From Eledone cirrhosa (taxonomy: Eukaryota): a stretch of DNA of 64,000 nt. A program made the translations under genes and the position numbers. Below are positions 1 through 12,493 of the stretch, in pieces. The notes beneath the pieces are model-generated. The model worked only from the letters and a program-made list of their open reading frames with translations. It searched no databases and was not told where the DNA came from. Numbering within the stretch: position 1 is the stretch's first letter; the number at the start of each line of letters is the position of its first letter. Location: the NCBI GenBank assembly GCA_964016885.1, contig OZ024742.1, forward strand, positions 178,064,001 to 178,128,000, read 5' to 3'.

Positions 1-84
1 TCATGTACCAGGATAAAAATGTTCATTTAGTCCAGAATTAGCCGTCAAAACGGCTTGAGCTCAGCCGTTGGGGTCCTACTCGTT

Positions 85-134
<50 letters not shown>

Positions 135-508
135 AGTCTGAGGCCCGTACATCAGCACAGACTTCACTACAGCAACGAAGAGACGAATCTTCAGATCTTT
201 ACGAAGGTCCGACTTCCACACCGCTCTCAAACTGCGGCATAACGCCCAGGCTTTGCTCTTCCTCTCGACCACATCATCTTCTGTATTCCCAATCTTTGCT
301 CCCTGATACAGGAAGTCCTCAACTAATTCTAGCGGCTTCCCACCTACACTAATAATCATCTCTGGCTTCTTAATATTCTCTACCAGATACTTTGTCTTAA
401 TTTCATTCATTCTCAGCCCCACACTCATCGACATAGTCTCAGCCTCCTTCATCAACTCCTCTGCCTCCTTCACTATTTATCACCAGAACTATGTCGTCGG
501 CAAATTCA
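135..508 (-). pseudogene. RTE-like non-LTR retrotransposon reverse transcriptase fragment
   Basis: Minus strand reads FADDIVLV just upstream of ORF 45..473, then LRMNEIKTKYLV, VEDFLYQG and LKIRLFVAVVKSVLMYG, typical of LINE RT domains 5-7 and thumb. Confidence 0.8.
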
Positions 509-509
509 G

Positions 510-665
510 CATGAACACACTGGAAGAGGAAACCGCGGATGACATATGTTGATGCTCTAAGAACAGACACTGGTCTCTTTGAGACGTAGGACATGGCAGC
601 GATGATGAGGGACAGAGACCGCTAGAGAGAACTCGTCCATGGATCTCGAGAATTTTACCCACCCT
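510..665 (+). mobile_element. RTE-like LINE 3' end, opposite orientation to the adjacent RT fragment
   Basis: Plus strand reads ...RMTYVDALRTDTGL...MMRDRDR*RELV, resembling an RTE ORF C-terminus, then runs into (TA)n. Confidence 0.6.
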
Positions 666-666
666 A

Positions 667-701
<35 letters not shown>

Positions 702-704
<3 letters not shown>

Positions 705-833
705 ATTAAAAAAACAGATTAAAGTTTAAGCAAAGAATCGGTGCTTTCACCCTTAACGGGATCTTTCAGAAGATCCCGTTAAGGATGAAAGCACCGATTC
801 TTTGTTTAAACTTTAATTTGTTATTTTAATAAA
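702..833. repeat. Fold-back palindrome (~63-bp arms) with degenerate hammerhead-like centre
   Basis: 702-764 is the reverse complement of 771-833. The centre reads CAGAAGA-TCCC-GTTAA-GGAT-GAAA (+) and CTGAAAGA-TCCC-GTTAA-GGGT-GAAA (-). Confidence 0.85.
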
Positions 834-995
834 TATTTGCTCTACGGTTCTTATATATTTGATATATATTTATCCTTATCGAGCCCTCTTTGGATTTTAG
901 TCTTGAAATGTATTCAGTCTGTGGGAATGTTGTGAACTTATATATATAAATATATATATATATAAATATATATATATATAAATATATATATATAC

Positions 996-1077
<82 letters not shown>

Positions 1078-1315
1078 GATGTATGTCTGTATATCGACCG
1101 GTGCGTATAGATGTGTTTGTGTGAGCTGCCTTACTTCTGAATTATCCCTGAAGCTGCATATGTTGTTTTAAAGCCGTAGGAAAAACGTGTAAAACAAGTT
1201 TGTTGTTTACTGGTTGCGGAAATGTAATACAAAGGGGAACAGTTTTACTTATAAATAATACTTCTTATACATCAATGTATCATGTATACACACACACAGA
1301 CCCATACACACACAG

Positions 1316-1425
<110 letters not shown>

Positions 1426-1470
1426 GTATGTGTGTATATTTACACACAGAAATATAGGCATATGTGTGTG

Positions 1471-1565
<95 letters not shown>

Positions 1566-2195
1566 ATATTTACACACAGAAATATAGGCATATGTGTGTA
1601 TGTAGGTATGTATATAAATATATGTTATTTTTGTTTTGCTTTGTTTTTAAGTATCTGTTGTTTCGGTTTATTTTTATATTTCTGGAGTTGTTTGTTCCTA
1701 AGTAATTTTTCCTTTGATATTTCTGATATTTCTGTTTAGGGAAAATTTCATTTCTTTCTGAGAAAGATGCAATGTAATATTTTATTGAATTTCTTTAAAT
1801 TTCTTGAAGAAATGTTATTTGCGAGTATCTTATATAAACTTATATTCAAACTTGCATCCATTGGATGTTTTTCACAAATAATTCCTTTTTCAATTGTTAT
1901 GGATTTAAGAAGGAAATTGCAGCTACTTGAAAAGCTGTAGATCTATACTTATTATATGAAGAACTAAAGCTGTACAACTTTGTACCGTTTCCCTATATAA
2001 CACATCAGTCGGGGAATTGGGATAGTAATTAGAACGTCGGTTAAAATTCTACGGGTATTTGTTTCGGGTCTTTACACTCTGAGTTCAAATCCCGGCAAGG
2101 TTACCTTTGTGTTTCATTCTTTCGAGGTTGATAAAAAGTCCAATACTGAGGTAGTTCTTCCTCTATATATCTTTCTCACTTTTTCCCTCTCACTT

Positions 2196-2243
<48 letters not shown>

Positions 2244-2464
2244 TCCTCTCTCTCACTTCAGTCCTCTCCCCCACTTTTCTCTCTCTCTCTTTCTCTCTTT
2301 CTCTCCTTCTGTGGAAGAAATCGTCTTTATTCAGACCTGGAGGGAGAGGACATGGGCTTCACCAGGTTTTAAAAATGTCCAAGAAACACTCTATGGACAC
2401 AGCGGTGCCTGTACGACCGTAACCAGAGTTATTGGTGCATATGTACATTAAATACTGTAAATGT

Positions 2465-2780
2465 ATGTGATTTAGTAGTTAGGGCATTCGGCTCTCGATC
2501 GTAAGGTCGAGAGTTTGATTCTCAGTGGTCTATTCTGTTCTTCTTGAGCAAGCCTCTTTATTTCTCGCTGCTCCAGTCCACTCAGCTGGTAAAAATGAGT
2601 TGTATGTGTAATTGGAAGAGGCAGCCATGTCACATTCTATGTCACGCTAAATCCCCATAAGTACATTAAGTATACATGTTTCTGTGAAATACTTAGCCAC
2701 GTGTATGTTAATTTCATGAGCAGACTTTTCCCTTGATCGAATCAATTATAACATTTGTCGTAACCGGTGGATTACCAGTT
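2465..2780 (+). mobile_element. Old tRNA-derived SINE (family B)
   Basis: Degenerate A/B-box head, TTGAGCAAG...CCAGTCCACTCAGCTG core and GTTAATTTCATGAGCAG tail. Homologous to copies near 35245-35520, 48700-49020 and 52800-53080. Confidence 0.7.
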
Positions 2781-3062
2781 TAAGTTACCTTCACAGAAAT
2801 GTAAAACGATTGCGGTTTTCAAAGGTTTTTAGAGCAGTGGACTGTTCGCTTATTTTTAATGAAAGAGTCGTCCCCGGTCCTTGAACTCTTTCGGATCCAC
2901 CATAACTGACAAGAGAAACGGGTGTGAGGAAGAAATTATGTTTAGACTTGATAATTGACTTTAAAATATTTAGCCAATATTAGATTCGTGTTTACAAGGG
3001 ATCAAGAATAATAAGAAGTTGGCAAAATGAACGGAGGATTAAGTGAACGAGCTCTATAATAT

Positions 3063-3237
3063 ATAATTGTTTCTACTTTAGGCACAAGGCCAGCAAATAC
3101 TCAGTGCATTACTGGTACTTTATTTTATAGACCCCGTAAGGATGAAAGGCAAAGTCAACCTCGGCGGGATTTGAACTCAGATCGTAAAGGGACGTAACTA
3201 TGCTGGAAAGCATAGCGTCCGACCCTCTACCGATACT
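3063..3237 (-). mobile_element. Young tRNA-derived SINE (family A)
   Basis: B box GAGTTCAAATCC, core GCCTTTCATCCTTACGGGGT and tail CTTGTGCCTAAAGTAGAAACAATTAT. Nine close copies in the window. Confidence 0.9.
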
Positions 3238-3491
3238 TACAGCACGTTGGGAGGTCATGTGTACATTTGAGATGTTAATAGACGGGGATAGCAAAATCCT
3301 CACCCTAAAAGACAAAAACACACATAACAAAAAATAAAACAGAATTTAAATACAGTCTGATGTTAGATGATTCATTTGTATCTTTCATTGCAATTTCATT
3401 TAACGTATTCTCCAGTATATCATACGCATTTTTTTAAGGGGGGAGGTCAATATATCGATTCAAAAGAGAGGATACTTTTGATAGAAAAAAT

Positions 3492-3673
3492 ATAATTGTT
3501 TCTACTTTTGGCACAAGGCCAGCAATTACCCAGTGCATTAATGGTACTTTATTTTATCGACCTCGTAAGGATGAAATTCAAAGTTAACCTGGCGGGATTT
3601 GAACTCAGAATGGCAAGGGCCGTAACTCTATGCGTCAAAGCATGGCGTCCGACCCTCTACCGATACTGCCAAT
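3492..3673 (-). mobile_element. SINE family A
   Basis: A box TGGCAGTATCGG, B box GAGTTCAAATCC and the family tail. Confidence 0.9.
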
Positions 3674-4089
3674 ATAATAGCAGCCTATCAGATGTATTGC
3701 AGATTAACATTATAACTGGTGGAAATCACCACCCCGTATCTCAGTTTTAACCTACTGTGCCTCTCCCACAAGACGTAATGGCTTTTTTTAAGTTCTTGAG
3801 TTTGAGACTCCTGCTTTATACAGAAAACTCTATTTTTAACCTGAGTTAAATGAGGATGCTTATATAGTTTTCCTCTGGTTGAGTTTTTGTTCGAATCCCT
3901 AAATATGCCAAATAAAAAATTAACATTAGTTAAACTCCGTTAGCACTATTTAAGAATTAGAAATGACATTATGTAACCTAAGATAATACTTTAGGTCGAC
4001 GGTGATGATGATAATGATGATGATTATTGCTTTAATATATCGAAATCGTGTAATATACCTCAAGTATGTCTAAAGTCTAAAGTCTGTCT

Positions 4090-4355
4090 TAAGCCAGAAG
4101 GCTCATTTGGCCAGTGCTTATCCCGGTTTCATGGCGTTAAGCGACTGAGAGTACAAGACTCCCCCCTGGACAGGACGCCAGTCCATCGCAGGGTTAAACC
4201 TCCAGCTATTGCTGGTACTCATTTTCAGCTGAGTATACTGGAGAAACGTGAAATGAAGTGTTTTTCTCAAAAACACAACACGCAACCCAGGAATCGAGCC
4301 CACGACATTATGATCGTAAGTCCAACGCCTTACCACTAGGTCACGTGCCTCCACC
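4090..4355 (-). mobile_element. tRNA-derived SINE with V-domain-like core
   Basis: Minus strand: tRNA-like head with B box GGCTCGATTCC, then GCGATGGACTGGCGTCCTGTCCAGGGG, a V-SINE-like motif. Confidence 0.7.
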
Positions 4356-5133
4356 CTCAAGTATGTACCGAAAGTATATATCGTAAGTATGGAAAACAAG
4401 CGAAATTGTAAAAGATTACTCTTATTCCAATTTTAGATTTTCACTAACATAATTAAAAACCAAAACCATTAAAGAGCCATTGCCTCCTGGTCGAGTCGTA
4501 GAGGCACCATCCTGACATACAGTATGTCTTGGTCATTTTAAATCATTTAAATAAATGGATCTCATCCGTGAAAACGTCGGAACCCAGGCGATTTCTTCCC
4601 GAGAAAGAAAGTCATAAAAAAGAGAGACAGAACAAGAATCGAACCCTAGACGGTACTGGGACTTCATTTATCGACATTGGGAGGATTTATGGCAAAGTTG
4701 GCCTTGGCGTGATTTGAACTTAGAACGCAGTGATGCAGAAGAAATATTGAGATATTTTTATCCGACGCCTTATCAACTTTGGCAATTCGCCGCCTGCTTT
4801 CTGGTAAAATACTTTTAAAAAATGAAAGACATCATAAATATTTGTGAGATATTGCTCTAACAAATAATAGTTTTAGAATACTTCACGATTGTAAGCCATA
4901 ACATACATAGGATATCACTCATTTCTGAGATATCTTCGTCTTTTGGTGGTTGAGGCCAGTTACGTATGTGTGTGTTTATTGTTGCGGTAGATGTGTTTAA
5001 TATACAAACCTATATACACTGACATATGTTTGTGAATAAACACGCACATACATTTGTATGTGTATATGTGTGCGTAGGTATATGTGTGTGTTGATGTGTA
5101 AGGATATGTGTTCACAGTCACAAACACTTATAT

Positions 5134-5239
<106 letters not shown>

Positions 5240-5715
5240 GTGTATATATAAATGTGCGTAGGGTCACATAGTGATATTAACATATGTGTTTAAATTTAAA
5301 TATATACATACTTGCACATATATACGCACTTACAAACATCCAAACATACCTACCTACATACATACTTACACACACACATACATACATATATGCATACATA
5401 CATTCATACATACACATGTACGTACTTAGGTAGTACATATATATCATGTTTCCCATAAATCAATCTAGGGGTTCCAACATAAAAAAAGCTTAAAATATAT
5501 GTACATAGGTGTAAATATATTAAGAGGCATGGATGTAAGTGTGTATGTATATGGGAATATATTAGCATATATGCATAACTGTTCATTGATTTGTATATAT
5601 AAATATATATTTATATGTATCCTGTGTCCCATAAATTGAGCAACGTTTAAACATAAAACATGCTTTAATACTGTAGTTTACTTTAGTCTATCTGCATTTT
5701 AGGGTCTCTCTCCCC

Positions 5716-5750
<35 letters not shown>

Positions 5751-5862
5751 ACTCCCTCTCTCCCTCTCTTTATATATATATAATTTACAGATAGATTAAT
5801 ATATATACATATATATTAATCTATCTGTGTATGCAATTGTGGTTCTATATATATATATTTAC

Positions 5863-5900
<38 letters not shown>

Positions 5901-6123
5901 TGTTTATTTGTGTGGGTATGTGTGTATGAGAAAGACACTAAAGTTTATGTGAGTGAGGAAAGAAGAAATGAGAAAGTAAATGAAAGGAGTAAGAGGAGGG
6001 TATAGCAGATAGAATGAGAGATAAAAAAATGTCTACATCCAAATATATATTAATGGAAGTGCTTTAGATGGCGTGGGTGAAATGTACTTACATAAGTATC
6101 ATGAGGAGTGGGTTATTGTTGGG

Positions 6124-6181
6124 GAAGAAGAAGAAGAAGAAGAAGAAGAAGAAGAAGAAGAAGAAGAAGAAGAAGAAGAAG

Positions 6182-6226
<45 letters not shown>

Positions 6227-6337
6227 AACAGCAGCAGCAGCAACTTCCACGATTATGATGACAAACGCGACAAAGATGACAGTGTTCGTGGTGATGATCA
6301 TCATAAATATGGTAAATGATGATTATGATGATGATGT

Positions 6338-6374
<37 letters not shown>

Positions 6375-6405
6375 ATACACCATGATGATGATAATCATCA
6401 TCATG
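6124..6405. repeat. Compound trinucleotide microsatellite (GAA)n(CAA)n(CAG)n...(GAT)n
   Basis: Directly visible. Explains the low-complexity ORFs here. Confidence 0.95.
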
Positions 6406-6980
6406 GCCATGAAACAGAAGTATTGATTGCAGAGTAAAAAAAAAAATAATAACTATATATAACCTACCTCTTCATGTAAGGTATATGAAGTAGCTCTTTG
6501 GTGCTACAAAACTTGAAGAGATACGTTTTTGAAGGGGTATTTTTTTTCTCTTATTTGTATTTTATGTGATGTTTATTATTAAAGAGCATTAGACAAAGTA
6601 TGTGAACATGAAATGATCAAATGGCGGCTGTCTACACTAGATACAGGGGGAATAAATGCTACGAAATGTTTAATAAAGTTCAAAGAATATGGCTACCTTT
6701 TAAAGTGAACGTGTAAAAGGAAACGCTGTTACCAAGGCACTTAAAAGTCTGTCTAAATGTTATTACATTAGAAAGAAATGATAATGTAACAGTGTTGTTG
6801 TTATTGTTGTTGGTGATGTTGTTATTTTTGTTTTGTTGTATTTGTTTGAGCTCTTATTCTTTTATTCTTTTACTGATTTCAGTCATTTGACTGTGATAAT
6901 ACTGGAGCACCACCTTACAGGGATCTAGTCGATCATGTCGTCTCAAGTAGATTTTTCTTTTAGTCTACTTCTTATTTTAT

Positions 6981-7043
<63 letters not shown>

Positions 7044-8663
7044 TGTGTGTATGTGTGTGTGTGGGGGGGGTGTTTTGTATATTTTTATTGAGCCACTAGT
7101 TTATGGGACTTATGCAATCAGTAAATGTAGACACAGACACAGACAAACACACATACACACACACACACACAAACATATATATATGGGCGTATGTATGTGT
7201 GTATGTGTGTGTGTGCATGTGTGTTTGCGTGTGTTTGTGTGTGTATGTGTATAAATATATATATCACTTCATTCTCGCGGAAAGATTGGTGAAGAAATTG
7301 CCGAAGAAAACAACCAGCGAAAGCCACTACATCAGCCAGACCACTTCTCAGGTCTCATACATCAGGTGGGGTGCAATCCACCAACGCTTGGGCCGAGGAC
7401 ACTAGTGGTCACGGTGGTGACCGATATAATAAAGAAGCAGTCGGTATTTGGATATCTATATATGGAGTGTGACACTATTGATCTGGATGATGGAAAGTAT
7501 CATCTTTGTATAAAAGGACGTTGTTTGGGATACCTTGTGATATTTGTTCCGATTCTTTACCTTCATGGTGTCAAAATCCATCGTGGCCCACTTGAGTGAT
7601 AAAATTAATCTGTAACCCGGTTTAACCCCCACCATTTGAATTTGGGTCACTTTAGTGGGATCCATTCTGAGGCAGTTGAGAGGTTTAAAATTAATTTTCT
7701 GTCATCAATCACGGACGACATTCAAAGGGTCCTAAATATTCGGGAAAATTTAATACAAATGACCATGGTTTTGCACCTAGAAAGTTTCCCTCCGAGGCAC
7801 AAGCCTGGGCAAGGTTTGTTTTGTGGAAGACCAGTAGTCGCCTATGCATACCTGCCTCCCCTCTCCACGCCACCGATAATGTCCAAGGGAAAGGCAATGA
7901 CCGATGCAGCGTGGCACTAGTGACGTCGCAACTCATTTCTACAGCTGAGTAAACTGGAGCAACGTTTCTCAAGGACACAACGCATCACCCGGTGCCAGAA
8001 TCGAACTCACAACCTCTCAATTGCGCCTTGACGTTAGTATATTATTTGATCTAGCCTCAGGAATAGCTGTGTAGTTAAGCAGTTCATCTCGGAACCACGT
8101 GTGCTCGAGCACACTCCTACGGCGTTGCACCTTGTGCAAGTGTCATCTACTATAGATTTAATTTGCCCAATGGTTTGGGAAATTTCGTAAATGAATATAT
8201 ACATATATACAAATCTTAATTTATTATGATGATCAATTCTGTACTTGTGCTCATGAACCTGCAGTAACGGGAATATTTGTTGAGCCCTCACGCTTTAGGT
8301 TGCTAAACAAATATCTACCCCCTAGTTTACGATGCTTGTGAAGTCTGTATTTTCATTTAAGATGTACATATATATATATGTATTCTCTTTTCTTCTAGTT
8401 TATTTTACACCTAATTCTGTTTAATTGACTATATCTGGGCGATTACGCTGTCGAAATATTCGATAAATATTCCGTCGCAGCCGACGCGAGGGGCTAGTTT
8501 CGGTTATTTGTTGGAGATTTCTTCATAGAAGCCTTATTCTTATAGCCTGGTCTATTCGATTTTTTATATGGTTAATTATGCTAATTGGGAGAGGAAATGG
8601 TATATATTTTATCTGGTGATTCTATAGGCATGTTTTATGATATATATATATATATATATATAT

Positions 8664-8925
8664 ATTGTTATACTTTGGGAGGCTCATGTTGCCTATAAAA
8701 ACACGCGCACCAGTTGGTTTTCATTTCAATTTATTATAAATTTCCGGTTGGTTCGATAACCGGCAGGTTATTTATATATTGTCAAAGCTCTTTCGTCACA
8801 CATTCTGTGACCTCCTCAGTGACTATGTTTTTGTTTTGTCTGTCTCTCTTTTGCTCTGTCCTACACCATCCTATCAGGTGCGTGTGTTTTTTATTTGCAA
8901 CATGACCCTCCCAAAGTATAAAAAT
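8664..8925. mobile_element. Non-autonomous element with ~29-bp terminal inverted repeats (TGTTATACTTTGGGAGG...)
   Basis: ATTGTTATACTTTGGGAGGCTCATGTTGC (8664-8692) pairs with GCAACATGACCCTCCCAAAGTATAAAAAT (8897-8925). The same terminus recurs at ~13755-13785 and ~42288-42318 beside (TA)n. Confidence 0.75.
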
Positions 8926-8981
8926 GTTTCAACATATGTTTTCAGATAAGAAATCTCGCAAAACAAATTCAAAAACGAATC

Positions 8982-9009
<28 letters not shown>

Positions 9010-9012
<3 letters not shown>

Positions 9013-9129
9013 ACGAACCAGAGTACTCAATACTTAGTGTAGTAGAGTGGGTAATATGACCCCGACGATAGAGCTCAAGCCGTTTCGATGGATATTTCTG
9101 GACTGAAATAGCCGTTGAAACGGCTTGAG

Positions 9130-9131
<2 letters not shown>
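9010..9131. repeat. Palindromic repeat family (AGCCGTCGAAACGGCTTGAGC)
   Basis: Hairpin GAGCTCAAGCCGTTTC...GAAACGGCTTGAGCT. Homologous to 30-88 and 46660-46822. Confidence 0.8.
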
Positions 9132-9160
<29 letters not shown>

Positions 9161-9163
<3 letters not shown>

Positions 9164-9755
9164 TATGAAGAGAGAAGAAACATTTAGATATAATTAGTAA
9201 TAAAATGTATCATACCTAAACTGTTCCTAAATTCCTCGACTACGTAGTTTCGTGGCATAAACAAAAACAATATATCAAAGATATAGAGTCCTTGCGAGGT
9301 CTGCCGACTTATCTGTGCGTTTCTTAATATATTAATAACTCCCTCTGGTCGAGCAATCTTTGAAGTGTGGGGACAACTGGAAAGCTTCCATTACTCATAC
9401 TTCTCGCCTTCTTCACTACCTCTTCTACGGCCTCGATATGAATACCCCCTCCGCCTCCGTGGTATTTTCTTCGTGGTTATAAGAGGCTTAGCTCTGTTTC
9501 TCGACCGTTATATCGCGTGACTATCTCCCCCTCCGCCTTTTGGGATTCTTTCTCACGTCGTGTAGACGCGTTCTTGAGACTAGTAAAATGAGGTATCCTC
9601 TTGATAAGTCGGCAGACCTCGCAAGGACTCTATATCTTTGATATATTGTTTTTGTTTATGCCACGAAACTACGTAGTCGAGGAATTTAGGAACAGTTTAG
9701 GTATGATACATTTTATTACTAATTATATCTAAATGTTTCTTCTCTCTTCATAATG
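9161..9755 (+). mobile_element. Non-coding Penelope-like element with ~153-bp inverted arm and degenerate hammerhead
   Basis: 9161-9313 is the reverse complement of 9603-9755. Hammerhead-like TCCTC-TTGATAA-long stem II-GAAA-CTACGTAG-TC-GAGGA at 9596-9683. Confidence 0.75.
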
Positions 9756-9914
9756 TATTTTTAACTCTGATACTGGTTCAGTCTGGTTCAAACTGAATTG
9801 GTCTGTCCCAGTCATTCATTGAGCAACATCGGTGAAGTTGGCACCCTTAACTCACAGTTGGGTGCGGATGCATTCATGTATATATGTGTGTGTCCGCATG
9901 TATCTGTGTGTTTC

Positions 9915-9959
<45 letters not shown>

Positions 9960-9961
<2 letters not shown>

Positions 9962-10668
9962 CCGTTGCTCGCACCAACCGGAGGTATATGGTCTTTAAAG
10001 CGATGAAATGCCAATGATGGTTGGAAGACCACTGATGAAGGACTAACTTTATTAATAGGTAACCCGCAGCACGTTTATTCTCATATTTACACATATTTTT
10101 TCCCCCGCTGTGACCCGTCTATTTCGTTCTTACTGCTTCCTCTTTCTCTGTATCTTTACCCTCTCTAACAGTCACTCTCTCTCTTAGCCTCTTCCTCACC
10201 CTTCACTCACTGACTCTCTGTTACTACCTCTCCTCCTCCTCCTTCTTCCCGTTTGACCTGTGCGTAATTCTTTTCTTTCGCACTCTTGGTCAGGCTGGTT
10301 CGCTTTTTTTCTACGATTTCACAGAACTTATGTTCACCGAATTCACAGACTAGATTCCTTCTTCCTCCCGTTAGACCTGTACGGAATTCCTTCCTTGCTC
10401 ACATTCCAACCAGCTTTGATGGTCTTTATTCTCTCGTTCACGATTTCTCCGAACTTATATTCATGGAAATTTAGGACTTGACTCGTTCTTCCTCACTTTT
10501 CGTTGCTTCTCCATCTTTGTTTGTTTACACTTTCGCGTCCCCTTTATTTATGTGTCCCAACGACTTATTTTAGCCGTTGCTCGCACCAACCGGAGGTATA
10601 TGGTCTTTAAAGCGATGAAATACCAATGATGGTTGGAAGATCCCTGATGAAGGACTAACTTTATTAAT
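9960..10668 (+). mobile_element. Unclassified element with ~95-bp direct terminal repeats
   Basis: AGCCGTTGCTCGCACC...CTGATGAAGGACTAACTTTATTAATA at 9960-10057 and 10572-10668. Diverged homologues on the minus strand at ~10840-11020 and 63710-64000. Confidence 0.75.
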
Positions 10669-11021
10669 ATATATATATATATATATATACATATATAGAT
10701 AGATAGATATATATGAATAAAATGGCGAGCTGTGTGGTTGCAATTAAGTATAACGAAAAATAAAAGCTACGGGCGAAAGAGGGTAATATCCATCGTCAGT
10801 TGTCTGCTAGGAATCATAGGTAGTTCTTCGCGTTAGAGATAAGATACCTCAGCCTAGGGCGAACAATAACTAAAATAAGTTATTTGGATAAAAAAAAGTC
10901 TGCGGAGAGAAAATGTAAACAGACACGAAGGGTGAAGCAACGTAAAGAGTGGGAAAATAGGAAAAATATCAAGTCAACAACTCATTTCGAACATAAGATC
11001 TGGCGAGTTTGACGAGAGAAA

Positions 11022-11164
<143 letters not shown>

Positions 11165-11219
11165 ATCTCGCAAAACAAATTCAAATACGCATTATATATA
11201 TATATATATATATATATCA

Positions 11220-11540
11220 TCGCTAAGTTTCGTTGGTTCAAGGAATTGTTTAATACGCAGTCGGCTATGGAGATATCTATTTTTGGTGTAAAGATTATTA
11301 AGTGTCCATCAACTCTCATCATTGCATAATCTGCATATTTGAGACTATTTATATATGGCCGAGATTGTTCAAGTAACTCTCATATAATAGAGATTTTTCT
11401 ATTCATGTCCTTGACAGGCCATATTTTATTCGTCAAATTAGTGGTATTCCTTTTATTTGTGTATCTGAAAGTTGCTTCATGATTTAGAAAACGGCTTTTG
11501 AAACGACGCTCCGACATGGCCACGTATGTCCAGGTTTCAT
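11220..11540 (-). pseudogene. Penelope-like element GIY-YIG endonuclease remnant
   Basis: Manual translation: TYVAMSERRFKSRFLNHEATFRYTNKRNTTNLTNKIW...II*ELLEQSRPY...(frameshift)CRLC, matching the PLE pattern YIG..FK.RY.NH..SF....T.LS..IW....W......PY.....C.LC. Confidence 0.75.
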
Positions 11541-12049
11541 TTTAACGATTTTTATTCAGTTGAGATAGTAGAGAGACAGAGAGACAAACAGAGGGAGAGA
11601 AAGACAGAGAGAGAGAGAGAGAGGGGGGAGAGAGACAGAAAATAATACAATGACCTGAGGTAGATGTAAACATTGAGGGGAGAGGGGAGAGGGAGTGGTG
11701 GGAGGGAGAGAGAGAGAAGTGAGAGAGCGAGATAGGTGAGAGAATGAAAAGAACACTTTGGGATTGAGTTTTATTTTCTCAAATGGCCCATTTCTCCTCA
11801 TCCTCAACTGTTCTTTGGTTCATACATTATTGGAGGGGTTTTTTTCATTCAGTGCAGCATTGCGATAGCACACACATGTGTGTGTTGCTGTTGGGAGTAT
11901 TTTAGTTTGTTTATATATATATATTTTTTTTTGCTTGTTCTTATTTTTCTGATAACAGTTTTTCGGTATGGGGGAATTCTGCACTTAGTTTTGTTCACAT
12001 ATCTTGGTGGGGGTGTTTTGCGCATATATATGTACATGTATATACTTTA

Positions 12050-12132
<83 letters not shown>

Positions 12133-12183
12133 TAGATATATATACTATATATTTATAAATATATATACTATATATGTATATAC

Positions 12184-12236
<53 letters not shown>

Positions 12237-12239
12237 GGG

Positions 12240-12318
<79 letters not shown>

Positions 12319-12493
12319 TTCAAGAGTAACCAATCTTAAAGAGAGAGATGGAGATAGGAGAGGAGATATGAGAGGAGAGATTGGTGAATTAGTTAGAAGC
12401 CAAAGCGTAAAGACATGTGCTCAATGTGCAATATGCAGTAGAAAGCAGCTAGGTGGCTGGGTTCATGCAGAAGTTAGGTGCGCAGAGCTGAAA

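Noticed and set aside
1143-1240. Hammerhead-like TCC-CTGAAGC...GAAA-TGTAATACA-AA-GGGGA
   Set aside because: Both the core and the cleavage triplet are non-canonical. At best a decayed copy.
1432-1600. ~38-bp direct repeat 129 bp apart
   Set aside because: Local slippage duplication within TA/TG microsatellites.
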